A DNA stretch of 64,000 nucleotides from Mustelus asterias (taxonomy: Eukaryota). Both the position numbers and the translations under genes were made by a program. The DNA is taken from positions 39,246,001-39,310,000 of the forward strand of contig NC_135822.1 of NCBI RefSeq assembly GCF_964213995.1. The letters are read 5' to 3'. The notes below the pieces were generated by a model. The model worked only from the letters and a program-made list of their open reading frames with translations, was not told the origin of the DNA and did not search any database. Shown in pieces: positions 37,148 through 48,150 of the stretch; position 1 is the stretch's first letter, and every line of letters starts with the position of its first letter.

Positions 37148-37822
37148 ATGTTTTCCTCTGGCCGGAGCCAACGCATTGTTTGCTAGTGGCGGGATTCTCT
37201 GGTCCCGGTGCTATCAATGGGAATTCCTATTGTCATCACGCCATGCCGGTATGAAACCCTGGGGAGGGTGCTGGGGGGCGGGGGGGGGGGGGGGGGGGGG
37301 GTGCGCTGCCACGGGATGGAGAATCCGGCCAGTGTGAACAGCCAGGGAATTCCTGCTGAGATTTCTTTATTGGTGCTTTAATAGATTTCTGAATTTAGTC
37401 CCACTCCTGTGAAACCCATTATGACATTTCCCTTTCATCCTCTTCCCTCTAATCCTCCCTCCATCTCTTCCCACTAACCTTCACTCCATCTCATGGCATC
37501 TTCCCTCTTACCTCTGGTATTATCCCTGGACCCTTTCAAGTTTGTATCTGGAGTTATAAATTGTTATTTCAATAATCTTAAGAGAAGACAATTAAATTTA
37601 TTTTAAATAGAGAAATAATATAAGGACTAAGGTGTTTAGCCCCTTGAGCCTGCACTTGAGATTCAGGTGTACCGGGAAGCAGAGCATAAATCATTACACC
37701 TGAAGATAAATACCAGCCCTTACCTCTCCTGAGTGGTGAGAGTGTGTTGTAATTATCAGTATGTTTGTAAATGCTGAAAGCTGCCGGGGAGAGTGAGAGT
37801 GAATTTCCTGTTGATGCTCCAG

Positions 37823-37952
37823 GTGCAGGGTCACGTGCTACGCATCCTTCGCATGAAACCCGCCGATGTCGGAGATTACATCTGCCGCGCGCAAAACGTC
37901 GTTGGAACACGGGAAGTCAAGTTCTCCGTCTCTCTCGCTGCCACTCCATCCA
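37823..37952 (+). CDS. HSPG2: HSPG2 Ig module 7, C-half exon (VQGHVLRILRMKPADVGDYICRAQNVVGTREVKFSVSLAATPS)
   Basis: gctccag acceptor, A|gtatgt donor, 130 nt. Confidence 0.92.
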
Positions 37953-38525
37953 GTATGTAACTCAGTCATTCCGGTTCTGTCTCTTCTATATTTTCCACCC
38001 TCTTTTAATCCTATCGCTGTTACTGCTGGCTTTCAGTTTGGAACCAAAAGATTTCATGTGCTGTTTAAGAAAATTTTCATCGTCGGTTCATGCACCTAGG
38101 AAGACCGAAAGCACGCAGGAGCACAAGTCTAACATTAATGCCAACTGCATTCAGAGCCATCCAATTTTGTGAAAGACCTAAAAATAGCTCCTTATTTGCA
38201 AATGAAGAGGGACTAATGTTCTTTGTGGGCATGGGCCCCAGACAACATTCCCGCCAACCTTTTTGGATTGTGTGGGAAGTTAAATAAGTGTGCAACATTT
38301 TAAAGGTCTTTGTACAGACGCAGACAAGCGGTAACTTGAAAGGGCCGACTTATGTGCAGCCTTTCTGGCGACGTTCAGGTTGCTGCACATTGGTGCATAC
38401 AGCTGACAGTAAACACTGATCCTAAACACCTCCTTCCCAACCAACATGATAGACGTGAACATGCCATCACGTTCTGGCACGTGATGAATATGTACATGCT
38501 GGAAGCTCTGTTGGATTCTTAGGCA

Positions 38526-39184
38526 TGATGTGGAGATGCCGGCGTTGGACTGGGGTGGGCACAGTAAGAAGTCTCACAACACCAGGTTAAAGTCCAACAG
38601 GTTTATTTGGCAGCACTAGCTTTCGAAGTCTCAAGCTCCTTCTTCAGGTGAGTGAGGACTTGTGTTCACAAGCAGGGCATATAAAGAAACAAACTCAATT
38701 TATAAGATAATGGTTGGAATGCGAGTCTTTACAGGTAATCAAGTCTTAAAGATACAGACAATGTGAGTGGAAAGAGGGTTAAGCACAGGTTAAAGAGATG
38801 TGTATTGTCTCCAACCAGGACAGTTAGTGAGATTTTGCAAGCCCAGGCAAGTCGTGGGGGTTACAGATAATGTGACATGAACCCAAGATCCCGGTTGAAG
38901 CCATCCTCATGTGTGTGGAAATTGGCTATCAGTCTCTGCTCAGCGATTCTGAGTTGTGTGTCGTGAAGGCTGTCTTGGAGAATGCTTACCCGAAGATCAG
39001 AGGCTGAATGCCCATGACTGCTGAAGTGTTCCCCGACTGTCTTGTAAATTGAGTTTGTTTCTTTATATGCCTTGTTTGTGAACACAAGTCCTCACTCACC
39101 TGAAGAAGGAGCTTGAGGCTCCGAAAGCTAGTGCTGCCAAATAAACCTGTTGGACTTTAACTTGGTGTTAGCATGGCTTCTTAC
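38526..39184 (-). mobile_element. Penelope-like retroelement, 5'-truncated and inverted, with C-terminal GIY-YIG endonuclease remnant
   Basis: VGEHFSSHGHSASDLRVSIL...AEQRLI...GFNRDLGFMSHY resembles vertebrate PLE endonuclease C-termini; inverted arms about 38564-38707 and 39040-39184; 12-bp TSD gattcttaggca (38514-38525 and 39185-39196). Confidence 0.88.
39096..39134 (+). ncRNA. Putative minimal hammerhead ribozyme in the inverted arm of the Penelope element
   Basis: cac-CUGAAGA-a-ggagc(uugag)gcucc-GAAA-GCU-A-gug. Confidence 0.55.
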
Positions 39185-39450
39185 GATTCTTAGGCACCAT
39201 GAGGGAAACATGATTACACCATTATCAAATTTCTAAAGCCCAGTGCTTGTTTTCAAATGGTGAAGAGAGAATATTCACTCCACATCACTTTTCAAAATGA
39301 AGATATTGCTGAAAGATGTAGAGAAAGGCAGATTTGTGTTAACATAGTGCTTTATTTAATCTCTTGGAGTGTCTCAAATTGTTCTCTGAATTGTAGATAT
39401 TCAGTCAACCTAGCAACCAACGAAACAGGAGCAGACCATTCAGCCATAAA

Positions 39451-39974
39451 ACCATAGAATCCCTACTGTGCAGAAGGAGGCCATTCGGCCTAGCGAGTCC
39501 ACACTGACTGTCCAAACTGACAGACCCACCGCCCCACCTTATCCCCGTAACCCCCCCCCCCACGCTTAGCATGGCTAATCCACCTAACCTACACATCCTG
39601 GGACACTAAGGGGTAATTTAACATGGGCAATCTACCTAACCTGCATATCTTTGGAATGTGGGAGGAAACCGGAGCACTCAGAGCAAACCCACGCAGACAC
39701 GGGGAGAACGTGCAGACTTCAGAAAGACAGTCACCCAAGGCTGGAATCAAACCGAGTGCCTGGCGCTGTGAGGCAGCAGTACTAACCACTGTGCCAGGCG
39801 CTGTGAGGCAGCAGTACTAACCACTGTGCCAGGCGCTGTGAGGCAGCAGTACTAACCACTGTGCCAGGCGCTGTGAGACAGCAGTACTAACCACTGTGCC
39901 AGGCGCTGTGAGGCAGCAGTACTAACCACTGTGCCAGGCGCTGTGAGGCAGCAGTACTAACCACTGTGCCACCC
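39451..39974 (-). mobile_element. HE1/V-SINE-type SINE with tandemly amplified head
   Basis: CR1-type tail at 39451, core, then a 35-bp repeat array. Confidence 0.9.
39762..39971. repeat. 35-bp tandem repeat x6 (GGCGCTGTGAGGCAGCAGTACTAACCACTGTGCCA)
   Basis: Units start at 39762, 39797, 39832, 39867, 39902 and 39937; one substitution in unit 4. Confidence 0.97.
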
Positions 39975-40169
39975 TGGCATTCAAGCCTGATTCACCATTC
40001 AACAAGGTCATAGCTGATGATCTTCCTCAATTCCACTTTCTCATATTATCCCCATATCCCTCAATACCTTTAGTTATCCAAAACTCTAACAACCTCCATT
40101 TTGAATACACTCACCGACTGAGCATCTATGGCCCTTTGGGCTCGAGGATTCCAAAGATTCCCAGCCACT

Positions 40170-40482
40170 GGGGTGGCACAGTTGTTAGCACTGCTGCCTC
40201 ACAGCTCCAGGTACCCAGGTTCGATTCCCAGCTTGGGTCACTGTTTGTGCGGAGACTGCATGTTCTCCCCGTGTCTGCGTGGGTTTCTCCAGGTGCTCCG
40301 TTTTCCTCCTGCAGTCTGAAAAACATGCTGGTTAGATGCATTGTCCATGCTACATTCTCCCTCAGTGTACCCGAACAGGTGTCGGAGTGTGGCAACTAGG
40401 GGATTTTCACAGTAACTTCACTGCAGTGTTAATGTAAGCTTACTTGTGACACTAATAAATAAAGTTTAAACTTTAAAAACTT
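40170..40482 (+). mobile_element. HE1/V-SINE-type SINE, second tail type, inside an old antisense CR1 (about 39980-41040)
   Basis: Match to the other copies. Confidence 0.88.
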
Positions 40483-41324
40483 TTGAAACCATTTGAATGA
40501 AGAAGTATCATTTTCATCCCAGTCATAAATGGCCAACTCCTTATTCTGTCATCTCTAGTTCTAGTTGTAGACTTCACAGCCAGGGAGAAACATCGTCCCA
40601 CTTTCTTCCCTGCTAAGCCCTTAATAATTTTGTAGGGGATGTCCCCTCATCCCAGGGACCAGTCTTTGTTGCAGTCACTCGAAGTATTCTTCCTCCACTA
40701 AGGAGACCAAAAGTGTACACGTGTTTGCTACTCATTGGACCTGCCTATATCCTGTTGCAGCCTCTTTGTGTGTTCCTCACCATTTGCTTTCCCACCTAAC
40801 TTGGCATTGTCAGGAAACTCAGATTAAATACAATCGGTCCCCTCATCTATGCTACTGATACAGGTTGTAAGTTATTGAGGCTCAAACACTGAGGTTCTCC
40901 ACAGCTAGAACACTCCAATTGGAAAATGATGCATCTATTGCTACTACTCTGTTTTCTGTCCACCAGCAAGCCCTTATGTTAATATCCCGGGATTCCAGGA
41001 GCCCTAATTTTGTATAATAACCTCTTTTCTGGCACTTTGTAGAATTCAAGCAACTGTTAAGTGGAAAGAAGTTAGTTTCGGCTTGGATTGATCATGGGTG
41101 CAGCAACGTTGGGTATTTGAGGGTAAATTCAGCAGTGCTCCTGGCTCTGAATCAGCAGGTTGTAGAGTTGGTTTGAGAATGCCAATGGCCCTCTCTGGCA
41201 TAGACTCTTGATGAATAAGGCATTGGCTCAAAAACAGCTTTGCTGAAGTTACTCTGTTGGAGTACCCTTCGAAAGCAAGAGCAGACCCGACGCAGAGAGA
41301 AATGGCAAGGAAAGGAAATCAAGT

Positions 41325-41630
41325 TTTAAAGTTTATTTATTAGTGTCACAGACAGGCTTACATTAACACTGCAATGAAGTTACTGTGAAAAACCCCGAGT
41401 CGCCACACTCCGGCGCCTGTTCCGGGTACACTGAGGGAGAATTTAGCACGGCCAATGCACCTAACCAGCATGTTTTTTGGACTGTGGGAGGAAACCGGTG
41501 CACCCAGGGGAAACCCATGCAGACACAGGGAGAATGTGCAGACTCCACACCGACAGTGACCCAAGCCGGGAATCGAACCCGGGTCCCTGGAGCTGTGAAG
41601 CAGCAGCGTTAACCACTGTGCCACCATACC
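41325..41630 (-). mobile_element. HE1/V-SINE-type SINE, second tail type
   Basis: Match to the other copies. Confidence 0.9.
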
Positions 41631-42182
41631 GCACCATTTCCGCCCCCCCCCCCCTTGTCCAAAACTCAATCATCTGCCAAATCCTGCACTATTTGCAACA
41701 GAGCTTTCCAGATCGCCTACATCGCGACGGATGAGCAAGATTCCTGTTGTGTCCAGTTTAGGGGTTTGTGAACTTCAAAAGGACACTGACGTAGTTCCAA
41801 CGTTACACATTAAAAACCTGTTGTCAGATTTCTACCATGAGTTTGGTTGTATCCCTAGATTTCTTTTTGCAAAAATACACTTTTATTCATAAAAACTCTG
41901 CAAGACACATTCCAAAAATTTTCAAATTGTTAAGACAAAGTGCAGCAATATTCACATTTTCTCCAGAGATTGAGATGCGCTCTGAGGTGTTTCAGTTCAG
42001 TAATGAGAACATTACAAACATTTCAATATTTTCACGTCATTTGTCCCTAGATTTTACACCAAGTGTTACTGAACAATGTCAACGCACGATGCAGAAATGT
42101 GAGATTTAGCCAATGACAGCGTCTGTAGATCTTACAAATGTTATCGGCCTTATTGAGCCTTTTCTGATCTCCCTCCCTGCAG

Positions 42183-42334
42183 TACGTGAAGGGGCACCGA
42201 TAGTGAGAGTCCAGCCCAGACCCATCTCCATAACCGAGGGGCAAATGCTGGAGTTAAACTGTGAGGTCACAGGTCAGCCGGAACCCATGATCACATGGTA
42301 CAAGGCAGATGGCTATCTAACAGCCAATCACCAG
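42183..42334 (+). CDS. HSPG2: HSPG2 Ig module 8, N-half exon (REGAPIVRVQPRPISITEGQMLELNCEVTGQPEPMITWYKADGYLTANHQ)
   Basis: ccctgcag acceptor, CAG|gtatgt donor, 152 nt. Confidence 0.92.
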
Positions 42335-43459
42335 GTATGTCATTGTGGCACTGCATTTTCTGGGTTATTTTCTATCAGTAAAATGTAATGAAAAACTAAG
42401 TTGCCAGGGAACGGGGGGGGGTTTGTTTTCCAGAAATCACCAAACAAAATTACATTCACCCAAATCCTTCAGCTTTCCTGCTGCAAATCACATCAGTATT
42501 GATCTGCGCATGTCCAACCGTGAATTTTGATACGGCTTTGGCAGATGATTGTCTGGCAATAAATCCAGTTGTGATCTAACTCAGTAAATCTGCCTGATCC
42601 TCTGCTTTCACAACTGCCTCACTTGATCTTTTTAATCCCTGTCTGTTACTGATAAGGTGCTTCTTCCTTCTTCTATGAACTCTGGCATCTGCTTTCGAAA
42701 CAATGGTGAGAAGCTTCCAGAAGAAGGGTCCATACGTGGTCAGGCGATAGGGAAACTGTTTGCATGATTGTAGTGCAAACTCTGAAGGGAAAGCATGTGC
42801 AAATGACCCTCATCCCAGCCTCCACCCCCTCATGTTTGGATGACTGTGTCATTCTTTCTACATACACCGAGGCTGAACTAGATTCCAGGAGTGAGTGAGA
42901 TCAGAGCTGGGAGGTGATTGAATGTTTCTGGGATTTTATGTGTCCTATAATATCATTAAACATTTGAAGGCACGTCACGAATGGGTGTGAGGAACTGAAT
43001 GCTGTACCAGATAAAGAGAGTTTCGAAAGAGTGACTGAAACTTTTGAGAGGCTGTTTGAGTGAAGAGAGAGGTGAACACGAGGATATCGAGGGAGAGAAT
43101 TCCACAGTAAGACAGAGATGGCTGAAGACTTTGCCACGAATGGTGGCATGAGGAAGAGAAGTCCAGAGTACAAGGAGTGAAGTATTTGAGTGCGGTTGTG
43201 GGGTTGCCAAAGTTAGGGACTGGGGTTGGGAATTGAACTCTGAGATTCAAGGATAAGGACATGTGATTTAAATTGACTGCGTCGGGAGAATGGAATCAGT
43301 GAAGGTTAACAAATGTGGAAGGGGATGGGGTGGATGAGGAAGACTGTGTTTCTTTAACAGGTCAGGAGTTTGCAAAGACTAGCTAAAAGGACGTTGGAGT
43401 AGTGTGGAAGTAACACTTACAAGGATTGCAGTTGTAAGACCTCATTCCTAAAGTTTACA

Positions 43460-44520
43460 GCCTGACGAGTGGGCCAAAATGTTGCAGATGGAGTTTAACG
43501 TGGATAAGTGTGAGGTTATCCATTTTGGTTGGAAAAATGGAAAGGCAACTTATTAGCTCAATGGAGAGAGACTTCGGGATGCTTCGGTGCAGAGGGATCT
43601 GGGTGTCTTCATGCATGAGTCGCAGAAAAATTTGTATGCAGGTACAGCAGGTAATAAGGAAAGCAAATGGAATTTTGGCATTTATAGCTAAAGGAATAAA
43701 GTATAAAAGTAAGGAAGTGTTGCTGCAACTGAACAAGGCACTGAGAGTCAGTTATCTCAGTTGGCTGGATGGCTAGTTTGTGATGCAGAGTGACGTCAGC
43801 AGCGCGGGTTCAGTTCCCGTACCGGCTGAGGGCCCCGTCTTCTCAACCTTGCCCCTCTCCTGAGGTGTGGTGACCCTCAGGTTAAATCACCTCGAGTCAG
43901 CTCTTCCCCTCAAAGGGGAGAACAGTCATCTGGGACTATGGTGACTTTACCTTTACCTTCTAACAAGACATTGGTAAGACTGCACCTGGAGTACTTTGTA
44001 CAGTTTTGGTCCCCTTCTTTAAGGAAGGATGCAGTGGCATTAGAGACAACTCAGAGGAGGTTCAGTAGATTGATTCCAGAGATGATGGATCTGTCTTATG
44101 AAGAGAGATATAGTTTAGGCCTATACTCTCTAGAGTTCAGAAGAATGAGAGGACATCTAATTGAGGTTTATAAGATGATGAAAGGTATTGACAAAGTAGA
44201 CGAGAGTGGATGCTTCCTCTTGTGTGGCAATCTAGAACAAGAGGTCATGGTTTTACAATAAGGGGTAGCAGAGTTAAGACAGAGATGAGGAGAATCTAGT
44301 TCTCTCAAAGGGTTGTGAATCTGTGGAATTCACTACCCCAGAGTGCAGTGGATGCTGGGACAATGAGTAGAAGAGATGGACACACTTTAAATTAGTAATG
44401 GGTTGAAGAGTTATGGAGAATGGGCAGGAAAGTGGAGTTGAGGCTGAGACAAGATCAGCCATGATTGTATTGAATGGCGGAGCAAGCTCAAGGGGCTGAA
44501 TTACCTACTCCTGGTTCGCA
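43460..44520 (+). mobile_element. CR1 3' part interrupted by a SINE
   Basis: KANGILAFIAKGIKYKSKEVLLQL and LVRLHLEYFVQFWSP peptides. Confidence 0.85.
43744..43961 (+). mobile_element. tRNA-derived SINE with (ACCTTT)-like tail and 12-bp degenerate TSD
   Basis: aacaaggcactg (43732-43743) versus aacaagacattg (43962-43973). Confidence 0.75.
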
Positions 44521-44629
44521 TGATTCTTTTACTTGTGATTTATGAGAAATTACGCATCAAGAATTTACTGCATCTCTGAGATAAATTCTGAACTACCACT
44601 ACCACACACTGTGCATGTGATACAACAAT

Positions 44630-44930
44630 AAAGTTAAAGTTAATTTATTAGTCACAAGTAGGCTCACATTACCACGGCAATGAAGTCACTGTGAAAATCC
44701 CCCAGTTTCCACACTCTGGCACCTGTTCAGGTATACAGAGAGAGAATTTAGCACAGCCAATGCACCTAACCCGCATATCTTTGGACTGTGGGAGGAAACT
44801 GGAGCACCCGGAGGAAACCCGCACAGACACAGGGAGAACGTGCAAACTCCACACAGACATTGACCCAAGCCGGGAATCGAACCCGGGTCCCTGGCGCTTT
44901 GAAGCAGCAGTGCTAACCACCGTGCTGCCC
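44630..44930 (-). mobile_element. HE1/V-SINE-type SINE, second tail type
   Basis: Match to the other copies. Confidence 0.88.
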
Positions 44931-45143
44931 TCAATAATGTTACAGGTTAACAATCATGCATATAACCGCCAATAGATGATTGTTGATTCAGCTTCTCCTG
45001 GTGAGATAACTGACCAAAGTGATTTCCTTTTGTTGCAACAATGAAGTTTCTTTAACAGCCACTTTTTACACAGTGTTTTTCAATAGCAAACAGGATGTTG
45101 CACTAACAGGACCTCACTGTCTACTAAAGGTTTTCTGCAATAT

Positions 45144-45402
45144 TGTAATAAACTGAGGACAGGACAATGTGACTCAAAGTATAACAGGGTTTATTGCCAA
45201 CAAAAAATAATTATTTACAAACAATGTTCTGACAGAACTTACAATGTGACTCCTCCCCACTCATCCCTGCTTCCAGCTGAGGATCCTCCCCGATCCGAGA
45301 TATATTCGATTGGCTTGGCATCCCGTCTTGACACTCCATAGGGTCCGGCTCGATCATGTGGTCCTTGGGGAATCGCCCCCTTAAAGGGGCCACACTACCA
45401 CA
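45144..45402. mobile_element. Short solo LTR (259 bp)
   Basis: TGTAAT...ACCACA ends with a perfect 5-bp TSD AATAT (45139-45143 and 45403-45407). Confidence 0.75.
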
Positions 45403-45697
45403 AATATAAATTAACTAATGGAAAGTCAAATTCTTTGTTCGATCCATGGAATTAAAACCACCACCACCCACTCAACTATATTGTTCCTTCCCCATGCGTA
45501 TCTAAAGCTTTCATGCATGCCTTCTGTCTCTGAGCAACCAATCTTTAATGTTATCTTTTCCCCAATTCATTCTCGGCCCTTTTGCGTAACACTCTTGGAA
45601 AACATCTAGGGCATAATTTCCAATATCGTCCACAGCTGGGATTCTCCTGTCCTGGTGCAATGAACAGAGATTTGGCTGAGTGCCAAATTCTCCGTTC

Positions 45698-46712
45698 TTT
45701 GATTTGATTTATTATTGTCACATATATTAGTATACAATGAAAAGTATTATTTCTTGCATGCTATACGGACAAAGCATACAGTTCATAGAGAAGGAAAGGA
45801 CAGTTCGGAATGTGATGTTACAGTCATAGCTAGGGTATAGAGAAAGATCAACTTAATGCAAGGTAGGTCCATTCAAAGTCTGATGGCAACAACTGTTCTT
45901 GAGTCATTTGGTACATGTCCTCAGACTTTTGTACCTTTTTCCCGACAGAAGAAGGTGGAAGAGAGAATGTCCGGGGTGCGTGGGGTCCTTAATTATGTTG
46001 GCTGCTTTGCCGAGGCAGTGGGAGGTGTAGGCAGAGTCAATGGATGGGAGGCTGGTTTGCGTGATGGACTGGGCTTTGTAATTTTTTGTGGTCTTGGACG
46101 GAGCAGGAGCCATACCAAACTGTGATACAACCATTAAGAATGCTTTTTATGGTGCATCTGTAAAAGTTGATGAGAGTCGTAGAGGACGTGCTTAATTTCC
46201 TTAGCCTTCTGAGAAAGTAGAGGTGTTGCTGGACTTTCTTAATTATAGCATCTGCGTGGAGGGACCAGGACAGATTGTTGGTGATCTAGACACATAGAAA
46301 CTTGAAGCTCTTAACCATTTCCACTTCATCCATGTTGATGTAGACAGGGGCATGTCTGCCTTGCTTCCTGAAGTCAATGACTATCTCCTTTGTTTTGTTG
46401 ACATTGAGGGAGAGATTATTGTTGCCGCACCAGTTCACCAGATTCTCTTTCCTGTACTCTGTCTCATCATTCTTTGAGATCCGACCCACTATGGTGGTGT
46501 CGTCAGCAAACAAAAAAATCGAGTTGGAGGGGAATTTGGCCACACTCATAGGTGTATAAGGAGTATAGTAAGGGGCTGAGAACACAGCCTTGTGGGGCAC
46601 CGGAGTTGAGGATGATCGTGGAGGAAGTGTTGTTGCCTATCCTTACTGATTGTGGTCTGTGGGTTAGAAAGTTCAGGATCCAGTCGCAGAGGGAGGAGTC
46701 GAGCCCCAAGCA
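45698..46712 (-). mobile_element. Rex1/Babar-like LINE, 5'-truncated and decayed
   Basis: [57 protein letters not shown] peptides; (AAATC)n tail. Confidence 0.88.
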
Positions 46713-47082
46713 TAGCCTCTGTGCTTGATAATAGAGGTCACGTGACTTACTCCCATAAGTAACAGCTTTGTGCTCCAAACCTCATCTCCACCAAGAGGCA
46801 CATGAGGCAATTTTCCACTCCCACTGCCCTTACAGGCAAAAGGTTTTGCACCCAGTATTTTTGATATTGGAGCCCGTTTTTACCTGGTCAGGTCATTAGT
46901 CTGACCTTTAACCTCTGGGAGGACCAGCTGGATGCAGTAAGCAATGGCCATGTTCCCATTGGAAGCGGATGCAATATTGCGAGGATCTCACCTCTGCTTG
47001 ACTGAGGCTGTGTTACGTGTGGCAATGCTAAAAGCATTAGTTTAAGTGATAAAACCGTGCAATTTTCCTGTTGATGTTCCAG

Positions 47083-47212
47083 GTGGAGGGCCGTGTGCTG
47101 AGAATCCTGCAGGTGACTCCGGTGGACGAAGGCGATTATATCTGCCGCGCTGAAAACATCTTCGGAATGCAACAACTCAAATTCTCGGTCTCGGTCACCT
47201 CCACAACATCCA
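47083..47212 (+). CDS. HSPG2: HSPG2 Ig module 8, C-half exon (VEGRVLRILQVTPVDEGDYICRAENIFGMQQLKFSVSVTSTTS)
   Basis: gttccag acceptor, A|gtgcgt donor, 130 nt. Confidence 0.9.
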
Positions 47213-48150
47213 GTGCGTAAAGCCCAGTCATTCTTCATTACTTAGTTACTCACTTAATGTTACTGCGTGCTTCATGATCAGGCCTCAGTTTCCTGGATTT
47301 TGTTTCTATTAAAGAAGGGCTCAGTTATGGATGGAAGAACTATAACTTCCATCGCACCAGTCACAACCTCAAGACTGCTCAAAGTGTTTCACTGCAATTA
47401 AATAGTAGTCACTGTTGCAGCATTGTATGGATTGGTCCATAACTCGTATGGAAACTGCGATGTAATAAATTTCCCCATATAACGAGGCCACTGGATACTT
47501 CCAAAAACTTTAGTTATAGTAGGATCAAGGTAAAATGTTCTTTTTATATGGGATGTGGGCATCTCTGGCAAGGCCAGCACTTGTTGCCCATCCCCAATTT
47601 CCCTTAAACTGAGTGGCTTGCTGGTGGCGGTTACAAGTCAACCAATTACTGGCCGTCTGGAATCACATGTATGCCAGACCAGGCTAGGACAGCAGATTTC
47701 CTTCACTGATGGACATTAGTGAACCAGATCAGTTTTACAACATTCGATGATAGTTTCATGGTCAACGTTACTGAGACCGTCTTTATATTCCAGATTTTTA
47801 AACATTGAATTAATTAATTGAATTTAAATTCCACCAGCTGCCATTGTGGGATTGAACTCATGTCTGCAGATCATTTAAACTGAATCTCTGGATTGCTAGT
47901 CCAGTGACATTACCGCTATGCTACCATTTTCCACGTAATTGGTTTTAACCTGGGAGTAAGTAAGTGAGGCTTTGGTTAATTTTTGAAGATCCTTGAAGAC
48001 TGGAGAATCGTTAATTGAATATTCAAGAAAAGACTGAATTTAAAGCCAGTAAATTATATCTAGTTGGTCTACCATACCTAATGGAGGAAAGGCTTCAGAA
48101 CATTACACTTAATACAATTAGTGCTCAGCTGGAGAAGACACAATCCATAG

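Noticed and set aside
37273-37301. Long poly-G run
   Set aside because: It is a homopolymer inside a MITE-like repeat, its length is unreliable and there is no sign of function.
39762-39971. CRISPR-like array of 35-bp repeats
   Set aside because: There are no spacers, the unit is a SINE head, and the context is a vertebrate intron.
7859-47212. Antigen-receptor (Ig/TCR/NAR) segment cluster or Dscam-like mutually exclusive array
   Set aside because: No RSS heptamer/nonamer or leader exons were seen. N- and C-half exons alternate and splice serially, and the flanking exons match perlecan.
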